DNA of 64,000 bases from Candidatus Woesebacteria bacterium (GTDB taxonomy: Bacteria; Patescibacteriota; Microgenomatia; UBA8517), in contig CP065002.1 of the NCBI GenBank assembly GCA_016700095.1, forward strand, positions 1,060,145 through 1,124,144, read 5' to 3'. This document shows, piece by piece, positions 48,293 through 57,108 of the stretch. Under the pieces are notes generated by a model. That model searched no databases. It was given only the letters and a program-made list of their open reading frames with translations, and was not told the DNA's origin. Every line of letters begins with the position of its first letter. The stretch's first letter is position 1. The translations under genes were made by a program, and so were the position numbers.

Positions 48293-49006
48293 ATGGCTCA
48301 GGAAAAAGAAATAAAGATTCAACTAAAAATACAACTTGACGATTTTGTTAAAAGAATCCAGAGAAAAGGATATAAATTGGTTCACAAACTTAACCAAACC
48401 GATATCTACTTTGATACAAAAGATTGGTTTCTGTATGAAAGCATTGCTGCCTTAAGACTAAGGCGAATTGATAATAACGATAGCTCTTTTTCGTTTAAAA
48501 AAGTATTTTATCTTCCTAAACAAAAAGATTACTATGTCGAAGAAATTGAAGTAAAATTTCCGATAAATAATTTTGATGAGGCTAAGAAAATTTTTGAGAA
48601 AGTAACAATTCCCTTTGACAAAAGTATATTAAAAAGCGGAAGTGAGTTAACTAAATATTTAGCGAAGTACAACTATTTCGACGAACAGAAAATGACGAAA
48701 TTACGAACGGTGTATTCAAAAGGTGAAGATGAGATAACCATCGACGAAGCTGACAATGTCGGGATAATTATTGAACTTGAATGTCAGAATAACGAACCAC
48801 TTCACGTTGTAAAAACTTTTTTAAGTGACAACGAATGGGAACGAAGTGTCGAAGGTACAAGTTATATTTGGTTAAAAAACGTCAAAGGGTTAACATCACA
48901 TATTAAAAACCTGGAAAGATTCAAGACAGAACCCGACTGGAATGTTTGGGAAAATGAAAAGGAAATGTATGAAGAAATCCAAAAAAAACAAGATGGTGGA
49001 TATTAA
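48293..49006 (+). CDS. CYTH-domain protein (class IV adenylyl cyclase / triphosphate tunnel metalloenzyme-like)
   Basis: N-terminal ExExK (EKEIKIQLKI) and a second EIEVKF strand. Several further acidic beta-strand motifs. Confidence 0.55.
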   Translation: MAQEKEIKIQLKIQLDDFVKRIQRKGYKLVHKLNQTDIYFDTKDWFLYESIAALRLRRIDNNDSSFSFKKVFYLPKQKDYYVEEIEVKFPINNFDEAKKIFEKVTIPFDKSILKSGSELTKYLAKYNYFDEQKMTKLRTVYSKGEDEITIDEADNVGIIIELECQNNEPLHVVKTFLSDNEWERSVEGTSYIWLKNVKGLTSHIKNLERFKTEPDWNVWENEKEMYEEIQKKQDGGY

Positions 49007-49775
49007 TAAATCAAGTCTATACAAGGCACTCATTTCTGACATCGATGGTACACTTACACCGATTATCCCCAATTCCCTTCCTTCAGAAAAAGTGACCTGC
49101 AAAATTAAAGAGGCTGTGAATAAAGGTCTAATATTTTCACTTGCCACTGGAAGACCGTTTTTCTTGGCTAAATATCTTGTCGACCATTTGGGATTAATTG
49201 GTCCCTCCATAGTTGATAACGGTGCAGTAATTGTTGATAGTCATGACGGATCTACAATATGGGAAGCTAATTTACCAAACGAGGAAGCAAACCAAGTAAT
49301 ATCTTCGGTAAAAAAGTATAAATTACGCAGAGCCTCGTTGGATAGTGGCGTACTTGAAAATCCAACGAAACTGCCCAACAACTCCAAAGTAAGAAAACTG
49401 TCAATCCACGATATTTCTGAAGACATTGCAGATAAAATTATTTCGAAAGTAAGTTCATTGTATAGTGACGTCATCGGAACGAAGGCAGCATCGTACAAGG
49501 GTCAGCATTTAGTTGACGTTTATTTTTCGAATATCAAGGCGACAAAGCAATACGCAGTTTTCAAACTATCAAAAATATTAGGTATACAGGAAAGTGAAAT
49601 AATTGGAGTGGGTGACGGATATAACGATTTTCCTCTCTTGATGGCATGTGGCATGAAAGTTGCAATGGGTAATTCCGTGAATGATTTGAAGGGTATTGCG
49701 GATTACATAGCTCTTTCGGTCGAGGAAGATGGACTGGCAGAGGTAATTGATAAATTCTACTTAAACAAGCTGTAG
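48942..49775 (+). CDS. Cof-type HAD-IIB phosphatase; the likely true start is ATG 48993, overlapping the CYTH stop
   Basis: Motif I ISDIDGTLTP and motif IV GVGDGYNDFPLL. Confidence 0.8.
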   Translation: MFGKMKRKCMKKSKKNKMVDINKSSLYKALISDIDGTLTPIIPNSLPSEKVTCKIKEAVNKGLIFSLATGRPFFLAKYLVDHLGLIGPSIVDNGAVIVDSHDGSTIWEANLPNEEANQVISSVKKYKLRRASLDSGVLENPTKLPNNSKVRKLSIHDISEDIADKIISKVSSLYSDVIGTKAASYKGQHLVDVYFSNIKATKQYAVFKLSKILGIQESEIIGVGDGYNDFPLLMACGMKVAMGNSVNDLKGIADYIALSVEEDGLAEVIDKFYLNKL

Positions 49776-49939
49776 TGAATATAATTTAATAAAATTATAT
49801 TTATCCATCAAATCATTGATTAAATACCAAATATCATTTGAACAAACACACAAGCCAAAAAGTAATGGCAAAATTGTAAGAAAAACATATTAGCTGGGAT
49901 AACCTATCACCCTAAAGGAAATATACTTCTAAAGCTATT

Positions 49940-50700
49940 ATCTTCTCACCCTACAGGTGATATAGCTTTACACATCTCCCTATTAATATTATATTTTAGT
50001 AATGCCCAATAAAAGATCAGTTGTATTTGCAACTAACGAAATCTATCACACGTATAACCGGTCGGTTGCCAACGAAGAAATATTTAATAATTCCAGAAAT
50101 ATAAACCGGGCCTTAGACCTTATCAATTATTACAAAAATCTTTCTAATTTGAGATTCTCGTATTTTGTAAAATTGAGTCAAGACAAGAAAAATGAACACC
50201 TCAAGTCTAAAAAAATCATTCCTCTTGTGGAAGTTTATGCCTTTTCCATAATGCCCAATCATTTTCATTTACTGGTAAGACAACTTTCCGAAAATGGGAT
50301 AGAAAAATTCTTATCAAATTTTCAAAACAGCTTTGCAAAATATTATAATATTAGAAACAAAAGATATGGAGCCTTGTTTCAGCGACCGTTTAAAGCGAAA
50401 CATGTCGCGGGTGACAAGGAATTACTACATCTGTCTAGATATATACATCTTAATCCCGTAACCTCTTTCATGTTGGATCTCGAGGAATTGAAAACAAGCA
50501 ACCTAACATCCTTTCCCCATTATTTGAAACCTGTAAATAACTTAGTGAATAGCGATTTAATTATAAAGCTTGCTGGTTCCAAAACAAAATATCTGCAATT
50601 TGTTTCAAATCAAGTAGATTATCAAAGGAAGTTGGGCAAGATCAATCATTTAATAATTAAAAAGTAAGTTGTGTAGCCTTATTTCACCCGTAGGGTGTAA
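49940..50700 (+). mobile_element. IS200/IS605-like unit: Y1 HUH transposase (RAYT-like) flanked by short hairpins
   Basis: The CDS at 50002..50667 carries the HUH motif IMPNHFHLLV and the catalytic Tyr region LSRYIHLNPV. Hairpins tcacc-ctaca-ggtga sit upstream and caccc-gta-gggtg downstream. Confidence 0.75.
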
Positions 50701-50756
50701 TTCTTTATTAGAATAAATACTTTTCTAACTATACAAGATGTTATAAAATCCAAATC

Positions 50757-50990
50757 GTGAGTAATAATTTGAAACCGGGTAAATACAAACATTACAAGGG
50801 TCACCTCTACAACGTAATTGGGGTTGCAAAGCACTCTGAATCCTTGGAAGAATTAGTTGTTTATGAGACTTTATATGACAATCCCACAGCAAAATTATGG
50901 GTAAGGCCGCTTGAGATGTTTACCGGGAAAGTCAAAATTGGGGGCAAAACGATTCCAAGATTTATTTTTGTAGGAAATAGAAAAGTATGA
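50757..50990 (+). CDS. DUF1653-family small protein
   Basis: GKYKHYKGHLYNVIGVAKHSESLEELVVYETLY...WVRPLEMF is the DUF1653 pattern. Confidence 0.6.
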   Translation: MSNNLKPGKYKHYKGHLYNVIGVAKHSESLEELVVYETLYDNPTAKLWVRPLEMFTGKVKIGGKTIPRFIFVGNRKV

Positions 50991-51670
50991 AAAAAGTAGT
51001 ATTAATTACAGGTGGCTCTGATGGTTTAGGACGAACAATTGCCAAATGCGTATCATCGGATTACCAAGTTGTCATACTCTCGCCAACTGAACAGAAATTG
51101 AAAAAGGTGGCAAAAGAAATTGGGGTAGATTATGTCTTAGCTGACGTTTCCAATTATGCAAGTGTTGAGAACGCCATTAAGCTAATTATCAAGAAATACA
51201 AACAAATCGACTGTTTGGTAAACAATGCAGGTCTTTGGATTCAGGGCGAACTGGATGACAACGACATAACACACATTGAAAACGTTATGAAAGTGAATGC
51301 CTTGGGTGTTATTTATATTACTAAAGCTATTATTCCTCTAATGAAAAAACGCAAATCGGGATTAATCATCAACATAAATTCTCAAGGAGGGTTGTATGCA
51401 AAAGCGGAAAGGTCGGTTTATAGTGCCGCAAAATGGGGCATCACTGGTTTTACAAAATCGCTTCAACCGGAATTGGCAAAATATGGAATTGCCGTCACGG
51501 GAATTTATCCGGGTAAATTGGATACCAAGATGTTTGAAAAAATCGGAATCGACAAAGATATGACCGACGCCCTTGATACCAAAGAAGTAGCACGGGTTAT
51601 TAAGTTTCTACTTGAATCTCCACAGGGTGTCGTCTTTCCGGAGATCGGCATCATGTGTATAAAGTATTAG
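50987..51670 (+). CDS. Short-chain dehydrogenase/reductase
   Basis: ITGGSDGLGRTIA is the TGxxxGxG cofactor motif. Catalytic YSAAK. Confidence 0.85.
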   Translation: MKKVVLITGGSDGLGRTIAKCVSSDYQVVILSPTEQKLKKVAKEIGVDYVLADVSNYASVENAIKLIIKKYKQIDCLVNNAGLWIQGELDDNDITHIENVMKVNALGVIYITKAIIPLMKKRKSGLIININSQGGLYAKAERSVYSAAKWGITGFTKSLQPELAKYGIAVTGIYPGKLDTKMFEKIGIDKDMTDALDTKEVARVIKFLLESPQGVVFPEIGIMCIKY

Positions 51671-51680
51671 TGAAGAATCG

Positions 51681-52412
51681 TTAATTATTCTCGAGTAATT
51701 GTTTTTTAGCCAACTTAAACTCCTCATTCGTAATAATGTTTTGTTTTCTCATATCGGCAAGTTTTTTTATCTCTTCCGCGATGGATGACGAAGGAGGTGT
51801 TTCAGGTTTATTATTATGTGTAGAATTATTTGCATCCACATCATCATTTTGGCCTCCTATAGCTTTGGAGATAATCGCAAGAATCCTATCGCGTTCATCA
51901 CAAACGGCCATTATTTCTTTGCTTGCATTGTGGAATCTTTTCGACCACCATCTCCATTGGAGTCTCCCAATAAGTACTCCTCCAGAACCCATAAACTCAA
52001 TGCAAAATTTTCCATCTTTTCCTTGATCGTTATAGTCTATGGGTGCATAATTTCGAAATGCCGTAAAAGGAATGGATTCATATTTTATTGCTTTACTCAT
52101 GAATTTATTCTTCCCCACCGAAACTATAAATCCTTTGGTGTGGATAAAAACCAAAGTCGGCGCATCAGCACTTGATTCAATATTCCATTTATTATACGTA
52201 CACCAACTGGCAGCCAAAACGTCAGCGAATTTTACACCTTCAGTTGCCAACACTTTCAACAATCCATCCGCGTCAATATCTACCGAGGCATTGAAATATG
52301 CAGGTAACGAGGCTATTAAAGATTTGATTTCTTCAGTGTCAGTCATAGGTCGCATGATAAAAGTAGTGTATTCCTCTATCGCCAGAATTTTCCATGTGCA
52401 GGACATTCCCAA
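51681..52412 (-). CDS. PH-like/SHOCT-domain protein; the probable start is the internal Met (MRPMTDTEE)
   Basis: The C-terminal IAEEIKKLADMRKQNIITNEEFKLAKKQLL is a SHOCT motif. Confidence 0.5.
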   Translation of the reverse strand: MGMSCTWKILAIEEYTTFIMRPMTDTEEIKSLIASLPAYFNASVDIDADGLLKVLATEGVKFADVLAASWCTYNKWNIESSADAPTLVFIHTKGFIVSVGKNKFMSKAIKYESIPFTAFRNYAPIDYNDQGKDGKFCIEFMGSGGVLIGRLQWRWWSKRFHNASKEIMAVCDERDRILAIISKAIGGQNDDVDANNSTHNNKPETPPSSSIAEEIKKLADMRKQNIITNEEFKLAKKQLLENN

Positions 52413-52531
52413 CCTGTTTTATCGCACGTGTTACAATTCAACTTGCCTGCAATACCAGCCGTATAACCTTCTCCCTTACAAACTTTACATTTAATAAGAT
52501 TTAATTGACATTTTCGACACTTCGGCGTCAT
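52376..52531 (-). CDS. Small zinc-ribbon protein (51 aa, below the ORF-track cutoff)
   Basis: MTPKCRKCQLNLIKCKVCKGEGYTAGIAGKLNCNTCDKTGWECPAHGKFWR has four CxxC-type pairs. Immediately upstream of the SHOCT protein. Confidence 0.4.
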   Translation of the reverse strand: MTPKCRKCQLNLIKCKVCKGEGYTAGIAGKLNCNTCDKTGWECPAHGKFWR

Positions 52532-52703
52532 ACGTGAATAGTAACAAAATAATAAATTTTACACAATTATATTTAAAACAAAGATTGTATGTGTATGTAC
52601 TTGTTTTGATAGTTAGAAGTTGTATCATTATTCAAAGTGAACCTGATTGGCAATTATTAATGACTTTTAAAACATATTAAGATCAATAATTAATCAAGGG
52701 AGG

Positions 52704-52847
52704 TGAATAAATATGAGTAATCCAAATCAACGTCCCAATTCTGAAACGAGACCAGAAAAGCGTCCCGAATGGCCGCCACAGAAACAATCCCAACCCAATC
52801 CAAGTATTGCTCGGGCATTAGGTAATTTAGCAGTTAAAAATTCAGGT
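52704..52847 (+). CDS. Small Pro/Gln-rich protein (47 aa) with a strong Shine-Dalgarno
   Basis: AAGGGAGGTG sits 8 nt before the ATG. MSNPNQRPNSETRPEKRPEWPPQKQSQPNPSIARALGNLAVKNSGNK. Confidence 0.35.
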
Positions 52848-52859
52848 AATAAGTAATAT

Positions 52860-53987
52860 ATGGGATTTTTCAATGCATTTAAAACATTCGAACTAGACGA
52901 CAAGCACAAAAGTGCTATTAGCCGCCATTTTAACCCTGAAATAATTGGTGATGATGTATATGCCACAAGCCTTACAAATCTTGCGTCGTGGATGTCCAAA
53001 CTATCCAAAGATAAATTACCCGATGAAGAAATACTTCTTATTACTAGTGATAACTTTGGTGAGGATGCTTTCTCGCAGACAGTGTATATCATCTCGAATA
53101 AACGCATTGTCAAATTGACAAATTTTCCCGATCCGTTTACAAATCAAAAGGTACGGATCTTTCATATCAATGAAATCGCCGATGTTCAGTTAAAGGTATA
53201 TCCATCGGGACGATTCAGTGCCTATGTTCTCAATAATTCTGCTCTGCCTTTTGCAAATATGTTAGAAGGTGGCGGATCACCACCCTTGAGCTTTTTTACA
53301 AATAGCATATTTTTTGATATTAATCGAGAAGATTTGTTCCTTGAATTTGACACGGCTCTGAAAAAAGCCCGCGGGATACATGACTCACCCGATCCCTCCA
53401 AAGTTAAATCATCAGCAGATACCGACACAACTTCCTTTCAGCACCTAAAAGATTTAATCGACGCCTATGTTGAAATTAAGAAAGAGAATTTTGTCATACA
53501 GGAACGCGGGGAACTTTTGGAAGCAAGACAAGATCAGCTTGATATTGATAAAGAAATTCGCTCAATTGTAAAATCTGCAAAACTTGCCAATAACACTAAT
53601 CTTATTACAGATGCGTTAAATTATTATCATACATTAACGAAAGAGTTTCCCAAACATCAATTGGATGATCTTGAGTTATTTGGCAATCGATTGTTCGGGA
53701 CATTTCTAAAAGATGCAAAACGAGAAACTCTTGAAGACATGATAGACAATATCGTAAAAGCATGGAGCCAACCACTTATACTTATTATTTCCGATGAGGA
53801 ATTGCAGGAATTAAACGATGAATTAACCAAAGCAGCTATTGCAAAAATTGATGCGGGAGACGAGGAAGCGATAAACCAAGCTCACAGACATTTGCTTTTG
53901 GAGGAAACAAAAAAAGATCTGTCTCCAGGTGCCCGTGCAAACATCGAAAAATTCTTACCGGCAGCCCTTGCGGGTAAATATATATAG
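52860..53987 (+). CDS. Hypothetical protein (375 aa)
   Basis: ORF only. Confidence 0.45.
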   Translation: MGFFNAFKTFELDDKHKSAISRHFNPEIIGDDVYATSLTNLASWMSKLSKDKLPDEEILLITSDNFGEDAFSQTVYIISNKRIVKLTNFPDPFTNQKVRIFHINEIADVQLKVYPSGRFSAYVLNNSALPFANMLEGGGSPPLSFFTNSIFFDINREDLFLEFDTALKKARGIHDSPDPSKVKSSADTDTTSFQHLKDLIDAYVEIKKENFVIQERGELLEARQDQLDIDKEIRSIVKSAKLANNTNLITDALNYYHTLTKEFPKHQLDDLELFGNRLFGTFLKDAKRETLEDMIDNIVKAWSQPLILIISDEELQELNDELTKAAIAKIDAGDEEAINQAHRHLLLEETKKDLSPGARANIEKFLPAALAGKYI

Positions 53988-54044
53988 AGCAAACTAATTA
54001 ACTCTATTAAACTACCTGCCAAATAATATTTCCCGTACAACTTT

Positions 54045-54300
54045 CCCCTTTCTTTCTGGATTCCCTTTTTCAAGGGAATGACAACGTCTCTGTCACTCTC
54101 TGTTGTTTTCTGTCATCCTCTTCTGTTTTCTGTCATCCTCTGTTGTTTTCTGTCATCCTCAAAAAGCGTTTTGTCATTCCTGGCTTATGTTTTGTCATCC
54201 TCGCGAAGGCATATTGTCATCCCGCACTCGATGCGGGATCCAGTCCCCTTTCTTTCTGGATTCCCTTTTTCAAGGGAATGACAACGTCTCTGTCATCCCC
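54045..54300. repeat. Repeat cluster: two 60-bp direct copies (54045 and 54245), six spaced TTGTCATYC units and 8-bp-stem hairpins
   Basis: cccctttctttctggattccctttttcaagggaatgacaacgtctctgtca occurs twice. ttttctgtcatcctc occurs three times. The hairpins are atcccgca-ctcga-tgcgggat and atccccga-ctccga-tcggggat. Confidence 0.85.
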
Positions 54301-54601
54301 GACTCCGATCGGGGATCCAGTCCCCAGATAAATCTTTCCACTCTGGATTAACACTCTCAATCAATTCCAGTTTCCATGTCCTATTCCATTTCTTCAATTG
54401 TTTTTCTCGTACAAGAGCAGCCTCTATATCATTAGTAACTTCAAAATATACCAGCATACTAACATTGTGTTTTTGGGTAAAACCTTTAATTAAATGATGT
54501 TTATGTTCATACATCCTTCGTTCTAAATTATTCGTGACTCCTATGTAGAGTGTCCCGTTTCTTTTACTTGCAAGAATGTAGACATAATAAGTTTTGGCCA
54601 T
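54293..54601 (-). CDS. GIY-YIG nuclease (small URI-domain endonuclease)
   Basis: YYVYILASKRNGTLYIGVTNNLERRMYEHK. The C-terminal tail DWIPDRSRG is encoded by one of the hairpin repeats. Confidence 0.85.
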   Translation of the reverse strand: MAKTYYVYILASKRNGTLYIGVTNNLERRMYEHKHHLIKGFTQKHNVSMLVYFEVTNDIEAALVREKQLKKWNRTWKLELIESVNPEWKDLSGDWIPDRSRG

Positions 54602-54609
54602 ACAAATAG

Positions 54610-54965
54610 TATTAATGTCTAGATTCCCTTTTTCAAGGGAATGACAAAGAGACTACGCAAACAACCAAAGGATACAGGAATGACAAAGGTGAAAAGGAAT
54701 GACAATGTTGTTTTCTGTCATCCTCAAAAAGCGTTTTGTCATTCCTGGCTTATGTTTTATCATCCTCACGAAGGCATATTGTCATCCCGCACTCGATGCG
54801 GGATCCAGTGTTCTCCTGTCATCCCCCGCGAAAGCGTATTGTCATCCCGCACTCGATGCGGGATCCAGTCCCCTTTCTTTCTGGATTCCCTTTTTTCCTC
54901 CTTCGCTGATAGCTTCGGAAGGACACAGCAAGGGAATGACAAAAAGGCTGTAGAAATGACAACGA
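54610..54965. repeat. Second half of the repeat cluster. It includes a 104-bp direct copy (54704-54807) of 54123-54226 and more gaatgacaa/tgtcatcc units and hairpins
   Basis: Direct comparison of the two segments shows two mismatches. The ggattccctttttcaagggaatgacaa palindrome also recurs. Confidence 0.85.
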
Positions 54966-55030
54966 CGTAAGTGGATATAACTATCAAAACTCGTGATTAT
55001 TAAACCTAATTCTGCTACAATCTAATCATT

Positions 55031-55747
55031 ATGAAAGTGTTGAAGGTACTTCTTGTCGTCTTTTTCCTCTTTGTCGTTAGCATCGTTTTAGTTATTGGAT
55101 ACTTGGGCTTTATTCCTGGAGTATCAAGTGTCATGGGCAGTGATAAACCACGCGATCTTGGTATGACATACTCCCAAGAAAGCTATGACAACGCCCTTGC
55201 CAAAGCTCAAACTGAGGTAAAAGAACTTCCCGCAAACTCAGTTGCATCAATTCAATACGAGGGCAGCCATTCTGTAAAAGAGTCTTTCGCCAGCGAAGAA
55301 CTTACTGCACACGCTTACAATAAAACATGGGTTCACTATCCAATTTCACAAGTGCAGGTAAGGATAAACGATGATGACACGTGCGAAGTATCAGGTCTAA
55401 TTGACCTTACAAAAGTTGACGCGTTTCTAAATGCATTTGGGATTAGTCAAGGTGATTACAAAAAAGCACTTGAAAAAGCAAACATTCCGATGAAAACGCT
55501 TCCTTTTTATGCAATGGGGTCAGGAACTGCTAAGGATGGAAATCTAAACATTGACGTTTCTAAATTTGAAATCGGCAGATTCTCGGTCCCTGCAAATTAT
55601 ATTGCAGAATACAAAGAAGAATATAATTCTTTTGGTGAAATGGTCATGGGGAAAATTGATGGCTTTTCGGTAAATGAAGCATATATTGATAACGGCCAAA
55701 TAAACTTTGACGGTACTCTCCCAGACAAAGAACTGACGAAAAGGTAA
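55031..55747 (+). CDS. Secreted or membrane-anchored hypothetical protein
   Basis: N-terminal TM/signal anchor. No recognisable motif. Confidence 0.45.
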   Translation: MKVLKVLLVVFFLFVVSIVLVIGYLGFIPGVSSVMGSDKPRDLGMTYSQESYDNALAKAQTEVKELPANSVASIQYEGSHSVKESFASEELTAHAYNKTWVHYPISQVQVRINDDDTCEVSGLIDLTKVDAFLNAFGISQGDYKKALEKANIPMKTLPFYAMGSGTAKDGNLNIDVSKFEIGRFSVPANYIAEYKEEYNSFGEMVMGKIDGFSVNEAYIDNGQINFDGTLPDKELTKR

Positions 55748-55833
55748 TTAATATTTTCTCCCCCTCCCCCTATTGGATTTATAGTTATAACATCACTTAA
55801 TGCACTTACGCATTGAATATTTAGTCTGAAGAA

Positions 55834-56589
55834 ATGAATCGACCTCGTTCCCTACTTGAACGTAAGTTCAAGACGCGCGCCATCCGGCGACAATTCGGTA
55901 ACGAGGTCTTTGTAACTTTATTATACACAACTGGTATCATAAGAATAATGGCATACGTTTTTATCGACGAAAGTGGAGATTTGGGATTTAATTTCCAGAA
56001 AAAGGGAACTTCAAGCTATTTTGTGATAACTCTTTTATTTAGCTCTACCAAACGTTCTGTTGAAAAAGTAGTCAAAAAAACATTCAGAAGTTTACCCGCT
56101 AAGGTACAGCAAAAACATACAGGCTGTCTACATGCTGTGAACGAAAAACCAAAAACTCGCATTAAACTGCTGAGTCTTCTCAACAAACAAGACATCTCAA
56201 TAGTCACGATATATCTTAATAAGAAAAAGGTCTATACCAGATTACAAGATGAGAAACACGTTCTCTATAATTACGTAACAAATATTTTACTAGATAGAGT
56301 CTATTCAAAGAAGCTGATTCCAACCAAAGGCCAAATACAATTAATCGCTTCTCAGAGAGAAACAAATAAGTTTCTTAATGCAAATTTTAAACAGTACTTA
56401 GAAAATCAGGCTAAAAATAATCACAAGCTAAATATTACTATTGAAATAAGACCATCCCACTCAGAAAAGGGTTTGCAAGCTGTCGATTTTGCATGTTGGG
56501 CAATTTACCGAAAAATTGAAAGGGGTGATTCTAGCTACATCAATATAATTAATAGCAGAATAATAGAAGAAAGCCCGTTGTTTCCTTAA
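55834..56589 (+). CDS. DUF3800-family protein; the likely true start is the internal Met at about 55948
   Basis: MAYVFIDESGDLGF is the DUF3800 N-terminal signature. Confidence 0.65.
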   Translation: MNRPRSLLERKFKTRAIRRQFGNEVFVTLLYTTGIIRIMAYVFIDESGDLGFNFQKKGTSSYFVITLLFSSTKRSVEKVVKKTFRSLPAKVQQKHTGCLHAVNEKPKTRIKLLSLLNKQDISIVTIYLNKKKVYTRLQDEKHVLYNYVTNILLDRVYSKKLIPTKGQIQLIASQRETNKFLNANFKQYLENQAKNNHKLNITIEIRPSHSEKGLQAVDFACWAIYRKIERGDSSYINIINSRIIEESPLFP

Positions 56590-56739
56590 AAAACAAAACC
56601 CTATGCGCTATTTACGAGCAACCATCCGGAAGCCCACGCATAAGGATTTACTTGTTAAATAAATTATACTTTACTTTGTCAAGAAATAACAATTCCCCCT
56701 CCCCTGCCAGATTGGTGAAAAAGTGGTAAAATAGCATCA

Positions 56740-57108
56740 ATGAATAAGCAATTATCAGACATCCAGAAACTGACTGCGAAAATTATTAAATTTCGAGATG
56801 CTAGAGATTGGAAACAATTTCATAACCCCAAAGACGTTTCGCTCTCTTTGGTGCTAGAGGCCACAGAAGTTATGGAACATTTCCAATGGAAGAGCAACGA
56901 AGAAATAGTTGAGTATGTCAAAACTCACAAAGAAGAAATTTCAGAGGAATTGGCCGATGTAATGTACTGGATACTTTTGTTGAGCCATGATCAAAACATA
57001 AACATATTTAGTGCCTTAAAAAAGAAAATTAGAAAAAATGAGCTAAAGTATCCCGTAAAAAAAGCTAAGGGAAATGCAAAAAAATATACTGAGTTAGAAA
57101 AATTATGA
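56740..57108 (+). CDS. MazG-like nucleoside triphosphate pyrophosphohydrolase
   Basis: EATEVMEHFQW and EELADVMYWILLL all-alpha NTP-PPase motifs. 122 aa. Confidence 0.75.
   Translation: MNKQLSDIQKLTAKIIKFRDARDWKQFHNPKDVSLSLVLEATEVMEHFQWKSNEEIVEYVKTHKEEISEELADVMYWILLLSHDQNINIFSALKKKIRKNELKYPVKKAKGNAKKYTELEKL

Noticed and set aside
54097-54240. Possible CRISPR array (regularly spaced ttttctgtcatcctc units)
   Set aside because: The units are only about 15 bp and the spacers about 5 bp. The repeats are degenerate and occur in both orientations, and there are no cas genes. This fits a MITE or iteron-like repeat cluster and not CRISPR.
54078-54987. ORFs 54078, 54103, 54143, 54641, 54699 (+) and 54766 (-)
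   Set aside because: They are encoded entirely by the hairpin/short-repeat cluster and give the repeating peptides FCHPQKAFCHSWLMF and WIPHRVRDDN. I consider them non-coding.
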